This document shows positions 38,363 through 51,204 of a stretch of DNA of 64,000 nt, one piece after another. Positions within the stretch are counted from its first letter, which is position 1. Each line of letters opens with the position of its first letter. The notes under the pieces were generated by a model, which was not told the DNA's origin, did no database searches, and worked only from the letters and a program-made list of their open reading frames with translations. Made by a program: the position numbers and the translations under genes. The stretch lies in NCBI GenBank assembly GCA_964270895.1, contig OZ185444.1; one strand, 5' to 3'. Source of the stretch: Podarcis filfolensis (Eukaryota).

Positions 38363-38516
38363 GGTGGGATACAAATTTAATAACTAAATAAGTTTAAAAA
38401 AGTGATAAGCAGCCTTTTGTGTGACAGCACAACATATGTAGTTTAAAAAGTTTCTTTTTATTTGCTACCTTTTCCTTTCACACAAATGCTCAAAGCAGCT
38501 TAACATTATTATTATT

Positions 38517-38664
38517 CAAAACAAAAAATTTTTTTTCTTTCCAGTAGCACCTTAAAGACCAACTAAGTTAGTTCTAACTTAGTTGGTCTTTAAGGTGCTA
38601 CTAGAAAGAAAAAAAAATTTTTGTTTTGACTATGGCAGACCAACACGGCTACCTATCTGTAACT
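38517..38664. mobile_element. Penelope-like element remnant with inverted terminal duplication
   Basis: agttggtctttaaggtgctac...ttttgactatggcagaccaacacggctacc..tgtaact resembles squamate Penelope 3' ends as recalled. It is preceded by its own reverse complement and flanked by attattattatt on both sides. Confidence 0.7.
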
Positions 38665-38675
38665 ATTATTATTAT

Positions 38676-38713
<38 letters not shown>

Positions 38714-40930
38714 TTTTAAAAAAACAGACAAAAAAAGACAAGGGGAGAGCAGATTTTTCTGAGAGTCACTAAAGCAGGTGTCAGCTTGGCAACTCAAATG
38801 CCAGCTGGAAAATTAAAAGTCGAATGGTTTTTTTTTTTCATATATAAGAGTGAATGGTGGTTTTTACTGGGTGTGCACACCAGTCACAAGATTCACCTTA
38901 AACCTTCTATCTGTAGTGTTGGGCAGCTTTAAGCCCTACTGAACCCAGTGACGGTTGCTCCCAGGCAAGCACGGTTGGAACTGCAGCCTTAGATTTCACA
39001 TGTGTATAGGACCCAATCAGTACTCACTCCCTGGCATCTCTTCTCAGAGAGGCTTTGTTCACTTCATTTCTGCAGAAAGCATACAATGGACTGATCTGGG
39101 ATCACTCAGTTCCTCAAAGTATTCTTCCACACTGGCTAGAATCAAGGGATAGATATGCCGTGTACACCCCAAATAAGACAGCTTGCACTGGTACCTCAGT
39201 CATTCCCGCTATACTAGATAGGCATTTGGATCTTACACAAAGCTATCTTCTGTCACAGGATGTCTTGCACCGCAAAAGGCAGGCGGGTAGTGCTTTTGTA
39301 CTCTCGACCAGAACCAGAAAACTCTCTTGCGTTGAGTAGCTCTAGCATGTTCCAGCAGAGGGCTGTGATGCATTGTGCTGGCAGAGAGAAAGAGGTTCAC
39401 TGAATTAATCACAAGGACTCCCGATAAGAAACAGCGACTGCTTGAACACAACAGCATATTTCATATACAATGAAATGCATGCACTTAATAAGAGAGAGAA
39501 AGCAAGACAGAAGACTCTGGGAGCTGGAGTTTTGCAGTCAACATCCTTCACTGTGCAAAACACAGCAAACCCACCGTGACTTTTTAACCTAATTTTGTCA
39601 AAGAGCCAGCCATTTCCCTTCCATGGCATGGTTTCGCAAGCTTCCTTTGGGGTGACACACAAAACCATGTGCCAAACCGAAACACACAAACTGGCAATAA
39701 ACACTGTTCACGATCTCTGGGCATAGGAGGACACAGGCAGTTGTCCCAAACCTCAAACTTACTACCGTAGCAAGAAATCATTCCATGCCAGTAAATTCTG
39801 CAGATACCATAGGGAATGATAGGCAGGGAATGGGGAGTCCACCTAGCTGGATGTTCCTCCTCTGTTGTTTCCCACTGTTGTTATTCTGTGCTGAAACAAT
39901 ACACAGAGAAGGAGGCCTTCTGATCCTTGCAATACCCACCCATTCACCCTCAAGTGGGGTCCCTTTCCTTGTCCAATTGAGTTTGCGCATTCACTGCAGT
40001 AAAGTGGAACTGGGGAAACTGCAAGCTGGAATGCTTGCCTAGCAGAGAGTGATAGCAAGGGTCTTCCACGTGGAATGAGAAAGCTAGCATGTAATTAATC
40101 TTGCTGCAGCTTGTATATAAACACCCGGTACAGAGCTGTATATAGAGAGCTATATGCTTGAGAACTGTGACTGTTCCCAAAGGCAGAGGACCCCTGTAGG
40201 CTTTCATTTTATTGTGCATTTGTAATGATGATCTGTGCTCGCATTGGTTGTACATGATTCCCCTTTTCGATACAGTTTGCACTTTCAAAAGTTCACGAGT
40301 GGCTCTGCTGCTTCGTTTCCAGTCAGTGCATGTCTTGCAGCTTCCTGCCATAATCATGCTATATTTTTAATACCACAAATGTCCTGTTGCTTTGGGGGGG
40401 GGGTCACTTTCATTGCAATGCCTCTCCAATTATGGTGGGAAACTATTCTTGTTCACCTGTCTTTTACAGATTATGACGTATTCCTACATGGCAGATTTGA
40501 AGATGCCCTCAAGACCAGTAGCTTAACCAGGGGGCACCAGCTCCAGGGAGCTGAGCCCTTTTGCCACCCGCCTTATGATTTTTGGGGTAGGCGCCACCCC
40601 CCCAATGTCCAAAAAGTGTGGAGGTGAAGCACAGACCACAACTGTGTCACTGCTTCAGTGACTAGCTCCTTCACCTCCTCCTTCTGCCACAGAGGGGAAG
40701 GAGAGTCAAAGTAGCATGGCTACCGCGTTTGTCTCCACTCCCAGCTGCTCCCAACATCTGGATGTCATGCATTGCTCCCCCCATCGCCCTTGCAAGCTCC
40801 CCACAGCTCCCCCCACCCAATCGGGCCACAGTTTAAGGATCAGCAGATGATGCTTGCAAGTGTTGTAGCCCAAACAGTGCCCTGTTGTTATGTCCAGACT
40901 AAAATTATTAATATGTGCTCCCTTACAATA

Positions 40931-41625
40931 CAGTGGTGCCTCGCAAGATGAAATTAATTCGTTCCGCGAATTTTTTCGTCTAGCGAATTTTTTGTCTTGC
41001 GAAGCACGAAATCCCATAGGAATGCATTGAAAATCAATTAATGCGTTCCTATGGTCAAAAAAAGTCCAAACAAAGCCAAATTTGGTACAACAAGAGTTTA
41101 TTAAGTGCTCTTTAAAGTCACACATACTGTAAAGAGCATTTCAAAATTCAAACCCAGAATTTTTTTTAAAAAACAGCAGATTGGCCCAATGGTCACAAAA
41201 AATCATAAAAATGCAGAAAAAAAACACACAAGCTTCCAGTTTCTTGCAAACCCCTCCCCAACACCAAGTCCTTGAATTCCAAACACCCCAACCCAAAATC
41301 CAACCCCCCCCAAAAAAAGTTTTAAAAGCTTAACTTACCAAATGGCTGCAAAATAAATTTTGGAAAAGCTTCAAAAATCACCAAAGTCTTTAAAAACCTC
41401 AAAAAAGGCTACTATGTACACTGCGTTCTATGAGTTGCTCCTTGAAGTCAAGTCGCAACTGTATTAACGGTGTTAAGAAAAAGGAAACAAACTTGCAAGA
41501 CGTTTTCGTCTTGCGAAGCAAGCCCATAGGGAAATTCGTCTTGCGAAGCAGCTCAAAAAACGGAAAACCCTTTCGTCTAGCGAGTTTTCCGTCTTGCGAG
41601 GCATTCGTCTTGCGGGGCACCACTG
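40931..41625. mobile_element. Tc1/mariner (Tigger-like) non-autonomous element
   Basis: TA-flanked TIRs CAGTGGTGCCTCGCAAGATGAA / TTCGTCTTGCGGGGCACCACTG; repeated subterminal ttcgtcttgcga motifs; A-rich core. Confidence 0.8.
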
Positions 41626-42230
41626 TATTTTGAGTTGAATTTGTGAATGCAGGTTCTCAGCTGGACAGGGGACTCCCAACTGCTGGCGCCTGGGCTCTTG
41701 ATAATAAGGGGGTCTTTTGAAGGTGAGCTTTGTGACAGATCTTGATCTGGAGTTGGCCTGAATGGTCTGGCTGGAAGAATGGGAGGCCTGTGGAAGCGAG
41801 CAAATGGTTGTTTGTTGACATGACCCCACAGGGAACCGCTGCCAAGAGAACACTTTCTCTCTTTGCCAGTTTCTTCATCCTGAAAATACTGTATGGAATT
41901 TTGGCACGTAATTATGGTCTGGCAACCTAGGGGCAAGAGAAGTGGCAGCTTTCATTATACCACTGTTTGAGTGAAGAAGGGGAGCTCCCCCTGCCCCATT
42001 TAACCAATGAATCATATTGACTCAGAAATCCCTTTCAATTTAAAAGACTCCCACATAATGTATCTCATAATGGAGCGACCAGTGGAAAGAAGACTGGCTA
42101 TGAATTTGTTTGAAGAGCTTCCTGCTGTCTGTGGCCCACATAATATCTATATTTTATACTCACCAAACTTACTTAAAATCATCAAAAGCAATTCAAAGCA
42201 ATTCAAAAACAATCCACACATACATATCCC

Positions 42231-42232
<2 letters not shown>

Positions 42233-42279
<47 letters not shown>
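42233..42279. repeat. (AG)n microsatellite
   Basis: Direct reading. Confidence 0.95.
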
Positions 42280-42281
<2 letters not shown>

Positions 42282-42401
42282 ATATAGGCTCTATCCTGTG
42301 AAGAATTGCATACCCAAGAGTCAGTCAGAACTGCTTATCTGCAGAAGGCTCTCCTAAACAGAGACGTATTCACCCATTGGCAAAGCCTAGGTAGGGAGGT
42401 A

Positions 42402-42753
42402 GTAAAGGTAAAGGGACCCCTGACCATTAGGTCCAGTCGTGGCCGACTCTGGGGTTGCGGCGCTCATCTTGCTTTATTGGCCGAGGGAGCCGGAGTACAG
42501 CTTCCCGGTCATGTGGCCAGCATGACTAAGCCGCTTCTGGCGAACCAGAGCAGCGCACGGAAATGCTGTTTACCTTCCCGCCAGAGAGGTACCTATTTAT
42601 CTACTTGCACTTTGATGTGCTTTCGAACTGCTAGGTTGGCAGGAGCAGGGACTGAGCAACGGGAGCTCACCCTGTCCGGGGATTCGAACCGCCGACCTTC
42701 TGATCGGCAAGTCCTAGGCTCTGTGGTTTAACCCACAGCGCCACCCGCATCCC
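42402..42753 (-). mobile_element. Sauria SINE, full length
   Basis: Reverse complement of the 6222-type element with intact B box (ggttcgaatccc); perfect 13-bp TSD AGGTAGGGAGGTA (42389-42401, 42754-42766). Confidence 0.95.
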
Positions 42754-43871
42754 AGGTAGGGAGGTAACCAAAGGCTATTGGTATTGATAGACTATCTATT
42801 CTTTAAGAGAAGGTGCCCAAGGAAAACATTGTCTGCATCCTCACTTGTCTTGCACTAGTAAAGGAGGGGATACAGAGCAGATCTAAGGGTGTAGGGAGGG
42901 AAAAATGTATGCATACTCTGTCTTCAGATCACCCCATGAATTTTCCCACTCCTTTTAATATCCAGCCTAATGTTCTCAGGCTGGAATATGCATGGTCCCT
43001 TGTTTCCCTTCCAATGCTATAATTCTGTGATTCTTTGATTCCAGAGCAGAATCTGCCTTCCTGTCTAGCTAAACTGCTGACTGTTTACTGCAAATAGTAA
43101 GAAACAACATCTTAACAAGCAAGAAAAAGGAAGCAAACTTATTTGTTCCCCCACCAGAGAATAGATAACATAAGCCTATATCTTGTGCAAAAAAAGCCTA
43201 GTTTCCTTGGGCTATAATATTTTCTTACATGTGCTTTTTTGCAAAGCTCCCACAGTGTTTGTTTCCACCTCCCCCACCCTCTTTCTCAAACACACTCATA
43301 TCAGGATAGAATTCCCTCACCTGAAGGAGGCATAAACTGCTGATTGACTCATTAACAAATCCCAGCAAAAATAATGTCTATTTATACTAACAGCCAGGTG
43401 GGGGAAGAGGGCAGAGAAATCAGCAGGGACTAAACAAGGTGTCATGTGGAAGGGTAATTACAAGGGGAGGAAGTTCACGTCAAAGGGCTGAAGAAAATAA
43501 AGCATGTTAGAGCTGTATGATTTATGTAGTTTTAGATTGCCAGCCCTTCCTCCATGCCTAGGCACCCTAGGTTTCTACCTGCGTAATAATATACTGCAAT
43601 CTACCCTAGGCTTCTGCTTGCGTAATTTCAGTCTCCACATCCATTCACCCACCCACATGCACACTATTTCTTGATTTATATTCACAGCTCTTCTATCAGT
43701 GCTTGGGTCCCAATCCAAAATGCTTCCTTCCCCACAACCCCAGTCTTTGGTCTGTGCTAAAAAATTAAACGGCAGCAGATCTGATTACATCTCCTCCTCG
43801 TCTCATCTATTTAGGATCACAATATCCCTCCCTCTGCAAAGTGAGATTTGTCTGTAATATGATCTAGCACA

Positions 43872-44200
43872 CAGGGGGCGTAGGAAGCGGGGTGCAGGGG
43901 GTGTGGACCATCCCGGGTATCACCCTTGAGGGGGGGTGACAAAATGGCACACCGTGGGGGGCGGCACTTACTGCGGGGCCTGGCCTGCAGTGCACTCAAG
44001 CCACGCGTCTCTGCTGGGAGTGACACGGTGGCTCGGGCCCCTGTGCTGCTCAAAATGGCAGCGTGGGGCTTGCGCCTACCAGGCACACTCCGTGGGCAGC
44101 TCGCCGCATTGCCCCCCTGGACGGATCACCACAACATCCCTGTGTGTGGATTGCCCCATCCCTGCTGCTCCAGGGGCTGGAGCAGCTAGTTCTGCCCCTG
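43872..44200. mobile_element. GC-rich hAT-like remnant
   Basis: CAGGGG.../...CCCCTG ends and an abrupt GC/CpG rise; no convincing TSD found. Confidence 0.35.
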
Positions 44201-44323
44201 TTAATGCAATGGTGGTTTTTTTTTGGGGGGGGGGTAAAATTCATAGAACCATTCAAATGTGCACTGCAGTGCATATATAGCCGAAGCTGTGTCTTGGGGT
44301 GGGATCTGTCTAATGGGCTAGGG

Positions 44324-44459
44324 CAGGCATAGGCAAACTTGGCCCTCCAGATGTTTTGGGACTACAACTCCCATCATCCCTGACCACTGGTCCTGTTAGC
44401 TAGGGATGATGGGAGTTGTAGTCCCAAAACATCTGGAGGGCCGAGTTTGCCTATGCCTG
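44324..44459. mobile_element. Palindromic hAT (Charlie-like) MITE, very young
   Basis: 58-bp inverted arms with 1 mismatch and a 20-nt loop; perfect 8-bp TSD GGCTAGGG (44316-44323, 44460-44467). Confidence 0.92.
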
Positions 44460-46785
44460 GGCTAGGGAATAGGCAGATGCTCAGCACTGGGAAGGTGGGT
44501 GGTAGTGTCGGTCTAGGCCAGAAAAAATCCTCCAGGATTGTCACACACGTCACCTCCTTATGCCATGGGTGACCCAGCTCAGTTTGATACCCTATGCACA
44601 GGACTGAGAAAGATCCTTGGAGCGATTTTAACATGACTAATCAACATATGGAGGAACTATTGCAATTGCTTCCTCCTTTTGCAATGTGCAAGTGAGCCTC
44701 TTCTGCAGATGTCCAGTTCTTTGAAAACAAATTACTTACCCAGAAAGTGACTGAAAAGCCAGCTCTGTGCCTCTGTAATTACAATCACATGGTGGGCTGA
44801 AAAACAGAAGTCATTTGCAACAGTGCATTTGTTTTCGATGAATTAATTTTCTCTCTCATTTCTTTATAGTTGTTCCCCTCTCCCCCCCCCCCCGGCCCAT
44901 ATCTTGAGTGTTTCTTCTATATATATTTTTTCCAAAAGGGGAAGCAATTTCCAGGATGGATCGAAGCAGCTTGCATATCTGTGGAAAGATTAATAGAGGG
45001 CAGAGGTGAAAGGTCATAAGTGTCCATCTTAAACAGCTTTCTAATAATATTGTGTTTTTCAAGACAGTCAAGGGAATAGACCATGAATGTAGGAGACTTA
45101 ATGAATGAATGAAATCAAATCAAGGATAGGGTTCCATTCCTCTGGGTATACCAGATAAATTCCACAATTTATGCAACAGAAAGCAACAGAATTGAAGCCT
45201 TGTTTACACTGATTTTAAAAATATGCATACGTGCTGATTTGGAACACTTTGCAATCTTTGCCTTGCATCTATGAGGGCAACTCCCTCTGAACGCAGCAGG
45301 GCTCACTTCTAAGTAGACATGTTTAGGACTTCACTAGTAGACCCTACGTTTGACCTATTCTGCTGCAGGTGTAATGGTTTAGTGGGTGTAACTCTTACCT
45401 TTACAGGTAAGCTACATCCCAGTCATGCAAAAGTCAGGGTGGGCTTTACATCAAACCACAAAAACAGACCTCTCCTTTCAAGCAAGCAAGAGGTATTATC
45501 ACAGCTCAAGGACACATTCCAGCCACATTCCAACACAAAACACTCAAGAAGGAAGTGGAACAAGCCTAGCACTCAGCTAGAGTAAATAGCAATTCGGGTT
45601 TCCTCTAGTTTGCCATTTCTTCTGATCTATTGCTTGGCAATGAGTGGGGCAAGGGGAAAACTGCTTGGACCCATGCCTAGAAGGTGCAGGTCAATTGAAA
45701 AACTGCTTGGACCCATGCTTTCTAGGCACAGCACAAGCCGAAGTGTGGACGAACCCATCAAGTAGCTCAGAGGCTACAGGCTTGAGTTCCCTGCACATAG
45801 TTCACAGTATAAAAGAGGCACGTGGACACTCACCCTAAACAATCCTGCACCTCCCTCATGATTCTTTAATTTGATTTTTATCAATGCAGAGGAGGGAAGC
45901 AAATCTCACCCTAGGCATGTTGTAGTCCACGGGTAGCCAACATGGTGCCCACCAGATACGTTGTTGGGCTACAAACCCTATCATCCCTGGCCATTAACCA
46001 TGCTGGATGAGACTGATTGTGGTCTGACAATATCTGGATGGCATCACATTTGCTACTTGTGTTTTAGATTTTTTTTTTTTTTAAGGGCAAGTGGGGTAGC
46101 ACTAATTTCCCTACTTGCCTGGAGTCAATTTCATTTCAGATGTTGCACCAAAACCTTCTGCATGCAGCACAGCACCCGAACCAGGAGTCATTTTCCATTT
46201 TCTAGAAACAACAACCAAAAAATTGCAATTACATTTCTCCATCCCATTAGCTGCAGACAAAGCAAAATACAAAACCGTACAAAATCAATGCACAGCTGTA
46301 TATTAAAGACTTCATACCAATCAAAGGGAGTTTCTCATTGACTTTGTATTGTTCGTTTTGTATCCACTGACCTGAATATAATTCATCAGGGAAGTCAATG
46401 CAGAACTCCCAGTGACTGGAGTGGACTCTGAACGTTATGAGCTCTATTCAAGGAAGTGGGAGGGGTTTTGTTTTTCATTATCATCTGAATTGTGGCTTCA
46501 TCACTTTGAAGCTGTGAACTGAATATTCACTAGCTATATATAATTGTGATGGCTTAAATGATAGATTATGCAAACATGAATTTAAGTAATAATAAAGAAA
46601 ACAATGGAGCACTGAAGAGTTGTGCCTTTGAAAATCCCAGTGCAGATTCAGTCTTGAATACAGAAAAAGGGTGGTGGATTTGACCCACAGAGACTGGGGT
46701 GCAGATCCCTGTAGGCCTGCACCAGTTGTTTTCCAATTTTGATTTGTTTGGTTGAAAATTGTGATGAGGAATAATTGGAAGGGAC

Positions 46786-46931
46786 CAGTGGCATAGTGTG
46801 GGTTGTCAGCACCCGGGGCAAGGCAAGTAATTTGCGCCCCCTAACCCATGGATTTGCGCCCCCTAACCCTAACCCCCAGATGTTGCGCCTGGTGCGACTG
46901 GCCCCCCCGCACCCCCCACACTACGCTACTG
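46786..46931. mobile_element. hAT MITE (same ends as 3793-3966) inserted in a CR1-type 3' remnant
   Basis: Perfect 8-bp TSD GAAGGGAC (46778-46785, 46932-46939). The flanks rejoin as ttggaagggacc...tctagtccaaccccttgcaatgcaggaatc. Confidence 0.9.
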
Positions 46932-48109
46932 GAAGGGACCACCTCTAGTCCAACCCCTTGCAATGCAGGAATCTCAGCTAAAGCATCCATGACACAGGGC
47001 CATCCAATCTCTGCTTAGAAACCACTCCTACTATCTGAAAGAGCTTCTTAAGATTGAATTAGAATCTCCTATCTTGCCATTTTTAAATAAAAAGAAAGGG
47101 GGAGAGGGAGAAAGAACTATATTCTCCGATGCGTCTGTGAGGTACAAACAAATTGCTATCTGTTCACCAAGAACCCATTAGAAGTTGCTTCCTGCCACTA
47201 GTGATATGCTTTGTTGAGCCCTGCTTCTGATTAAGCACTTTGCTACTGTTAGAAGTGATATTTAAATTACTAGCAATTATCATAAGAGTCTTCTTTTTTT
47301 GTTAATAATAATAATAATAATAATAATAACGATAATAATAATAGTGGCAATTTTGTGCTTTCCTGCAGCTTTATTTGCATTTAATTTGTTTTAAGTGGTA
47401 GCATGGGAAATTTTAATAGAAAAGAATATATATTTATTATCTGCTTGTTTACAGTAGCTATTCTCAGAAGGGCTTCAGGGACGGGAATGTTAGCAAAAAT
47501 AGTGTAGGAATAAGTGACTCACAGATAAAAATTAAACAAAGAATCCCGAGGCACAGTTAGGACTAAAAGGGGAAAGATCAACCCGTGCTTTGGCAGAGCT
47601 CTGCATGGGGGAGGTAGAAAGAAAGAAAGGAAAAGCATAATTTGGGGTGACAAGTTGAGGGATCATATCAGCCACTGCCTGGGAGCCATCAGCGGGGGAC
47701 CCCAACCCTGCAGTGGAGGGTAAAGCATTTGCAAGAAGGCTGGACACGTGGATGCCTGAAAGCTGTCAAAAATAAGTCAGTTAAGATAACAGGACTTTGC
47801 ACCTCCAGGATATGGATTCTAAAAGCAACTGACACAAAATGAGTCTTTCATGCATTCTTTCTTTAAAATGCACACCAGTGAGAATATCTCCACATTATTT
47901 CACACTTTTACACATTCTTACACAGTTATTATGCCACATGTGTTGCCATTCATTTGGATATGGAAGAGGAAAGAAAGTGATGGATGATTAAAGTGACCGA
48001 CTGGTGGAAGAAAGCATGGGAGGATTTTCAAAATCAGAGCTGCCCATCTTATAAGCACTTACTCAGAAGTAAGTCCCATTGAACTCAGAAGGGCTCACTT
48101 CATAAGCAC

Positions 48110-48230
48110 ATAAGAAATTCCTGCTGAATCAGACCAGTGGCCTACCTAATCTCATCCTGTTCTCTGGCTAACCAAATACCTATGGGAAGCCCACAAGCAG
48201 CAGTAGTCATGCACAACAGCCATGCACTTT
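48110..48230 (-). mobile_element. CR1 LINE 3' remnant
   Basis: cataaga...ctgctgaatcagaccagtggcc...atcctgttctc...aagcccacaagcag motif. Confidence 0.55.
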
Positions 48231-51021
48231 GGAGCATCATCAGAGCTTATAGTTGGCATCTATGTTTCACTCCAGCATGCTTCACTAGTGCCTATGGTCA
48301 TATAATGAAGGAAAAGCATATTCAGAGTTCTTCTCCTACATGTCTGGCAAATGTTGTTAGCACCATTATATGTGTAACTCCGGCATGGGTGAGGAGATTT
48401 TGATGGAGTCCCTTTATGGGTGTCTCTGAGGTGGTACTTCTGTTGAATACTACCTTCACGTTGTTTTAATGAGAGGCAGCATCTAGATGTTTTAAATAAA
48501 CAAATGGTGCTGGATTTATTTGGCTCCATTTAATGTGCTTTATTATTTGTTTGTATGTTTTAATTACACCACTATTCATGAGATTTCAAAGTAGTTCACA
48601 AAATAAAACAATAAAACAACAAATAGACACCACCTCAAACCCAATAAATGAATGGTTCAATGAAGAAAACCACCACAACATTCTTTGCTTAACAGAGACA
48701 CAGGAGATAGGGAATTCAGGGAGCACAGAGTGCAACAGCTAGGGTTTTCCACAGTTCACATCCTGCAGATTCCTCCATGCATACTTCACTTCAGTACCAG
48801 GGACAGCTCCATTCATGCCTCCCCATTGCACATAATCATGCAGTGGTTGATGCTGAAATGATTAAGTTCTCATCGTAGTATAGAGAGCTGCCTTATAGCA
48901 GGTCAGATTATCTGCCCATCTAGTCCAGTATTCACTACTCTGGAAGGCAGGAGCTTTCTGGAGTCTAAGTTTGGGTTCCCCCCATCACCTTCTGCTTGAT
49001 ATATACAGGTGACAGAGGTTGAACCTGAATTGCGAAGCAGGCACTCTTTCACCAAGCTGCGAGTCCTTTGCATCTTGCTAATTTTGTGGGTTCATTGGAA
49101 CACCCATGAACCTTTCAATGCAGTTGTTATGATTAAGGTGATGTTTTATGGGATGACATTTGAGAAAAGGTGAATTTTGGGGCAGAGCTCCCTTTCAGCA
49201 GACATCAGAGGCTAACATAAATGTAAAGAGATAGGGCGAGGCAGCAGCTCTGAATGGACAAGTGTGTGACACAAGGGGGTGATATTCTGTTTTATTAACT
49301 CTCTGGTCTGCTAGGAGTTCTGACTTGGAACAAATGCATCTAGTTAAGACTGGAGACGGAAAAAGAAGTGACAGATAGAAATGTTCTTTTTCATTGTTGT
49401 TGTTGGGGAACCTCAGGCCCAGGAGCTGAATGCAGCCCCCCAGGTCTCCCTATCTGGCCCTCAGGACTCTGCCTAGGCTATATACCGCCCCACAAACAAC
49501 CCCTCACTGATGCTGTGCACCCTCCTCAACAGCTTTTGCCTGGCTAGACAATGTCTTTCAACTGCAATAATGCCTCTTCCTCAGATTGATGGATGGATGT
49601 GTACACAAACTTCTCTGGTCCTTGCGTGGGTGAAATGTAGGTACAAAATGTAAGAGCTACATGCCCTGCACGACTTTTGTCTTGGCCGCTGGAAGGCTGC
49701 TCACAATGAAGATTCAGGACAGAGAAAAGAAAGTATGAGGACAAGGATGGCTATAAGCCATGATGGCTATGCTCCCCCATCGTGGTCAGAGGCAGTAATG
49801 CTTCTGAATGCCAGTTTTTAGAAACCACAGGAGTGGCGAGTGCTCTTGTGAGCACCTGGGTGCCTACTGAACAAGATGGCACATTATCCAGCAGGCTCAC
49901 ATTATGTTCTTATGCACAAGAGAATGTGGCCCTTGGGCTATCTATGCACAATAAGGCAGAGTATTTTTGTTTCCAAATAAATGCTGTTGTTTTTAGAATA
50001 AACATATTCTAAAAAGGGGGAGTGAGGGAGGGAGAGAGAAGCCCTGTTCTGCTAGAAGAAATCCTAAGTTCTCATTTCAGGGCTTCTCATAAACTCCGCT
50101 AACTCAAATGACTTCTGCTGATTACCTCATGCCTATTTCCCTTGCATTTTATTTCCTTTTCCTCCACCAGGGATCGATGGTGAAATGAACCATTACTTCT
50201 CAGTAATGCTTGTCCCTCATGCTCCTCTGGAGAAGCAACTTGACAGCACAGTTGTCTGAGGCAGCCTCTTCCTTCTCATTATCCATCTCACGCTTTCGTG
50301 GCTCCGGCTACTGAGCTCTTATTAACTGCTGGTTCTCTCGTTTTATTTCTCACTTCCTCTTTAACTGTCTTGTGAGCTCCACTCACCCCTTTAAACTGCT
50401 CTGAAGCACTCTTCCTTTTATCTGGTTCTCTTGTGCATTATCAATACAGAGTGGTGGTCTTGGGTTTTTTTGCCCCTTTTCAGAAGCTGGCACTTGCTCC
50501 ATGAACTCTAAACCAGGGATGGGAGGGTGTGTGGCCCTTCAGATGTTGTTTGGCAAGTGGAAGTTGGAGCCAAAAAACATTTGGAGGGCCAACAGCTTCC
50601 CCGTTACTGCTCTAAATACGTAAAACTGCCTTGAACAGAGTCAGACCATATGGTCCTTGTTGGGCCTGGGATTTTCCACCATGGCAACCCTAACTCACTG
50701 ATGATTCTCCTGTCATCGCTTGTGGCCACAGGTTAGGCATGTTAGCAGAAGCAGCTGAAGAAAACAGACTGAATCCAGAAAACACAGGACCCGTCAAACT
50801 TTTAAACTAATAGGCTGAACAAAACTGCAGCAGTAAAAATGCTGTACCTAATAGTTTACAGACCAAGTCCTATATATGGCAGCAGAACATACCAGGATAG
50901 GCTTCTAACAGAATGAATCTGCTGCCCCTTCTATACAAAATAAACCAAGGCTGGAGGAAATTCATTTTACTCCATGCAACTGCTAAGCATGCAACATGCC
51001 CTGTCCTAATTATGGCCCATG

Positions 51022-51204
51022 CAGGGATGTCAACTTGAATAAAATGGGGGGGAGGTACACCCCATTCCAAATAATTGATCACATGATGTGGCACATGCAC
51101 ACCATTTGAATGGCAATGCCCATCAAGTTTGTTTCAGGGGGCGTCCTCCAAATTTTTTTAGGGGGGCCTGAAGGGACCTTGCCCCCTACCAGTTGGCTCT
51201 TATA
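51022..51204. mobile_element. hAT-like MITE (degenerate)
   Basis: Flanks GGCCCATG / GACCCATG (7/8); left end CAGGGATGTCAACTTG, right end decayed. Confidence 0.5.

Noticed and set aside
40060-40125. E-box CACGTG plus TATATAAA as an internal promoter
   Set aside because: No convincing downstream donor or CpG context; such motifs are expected by chance in 60 kb.
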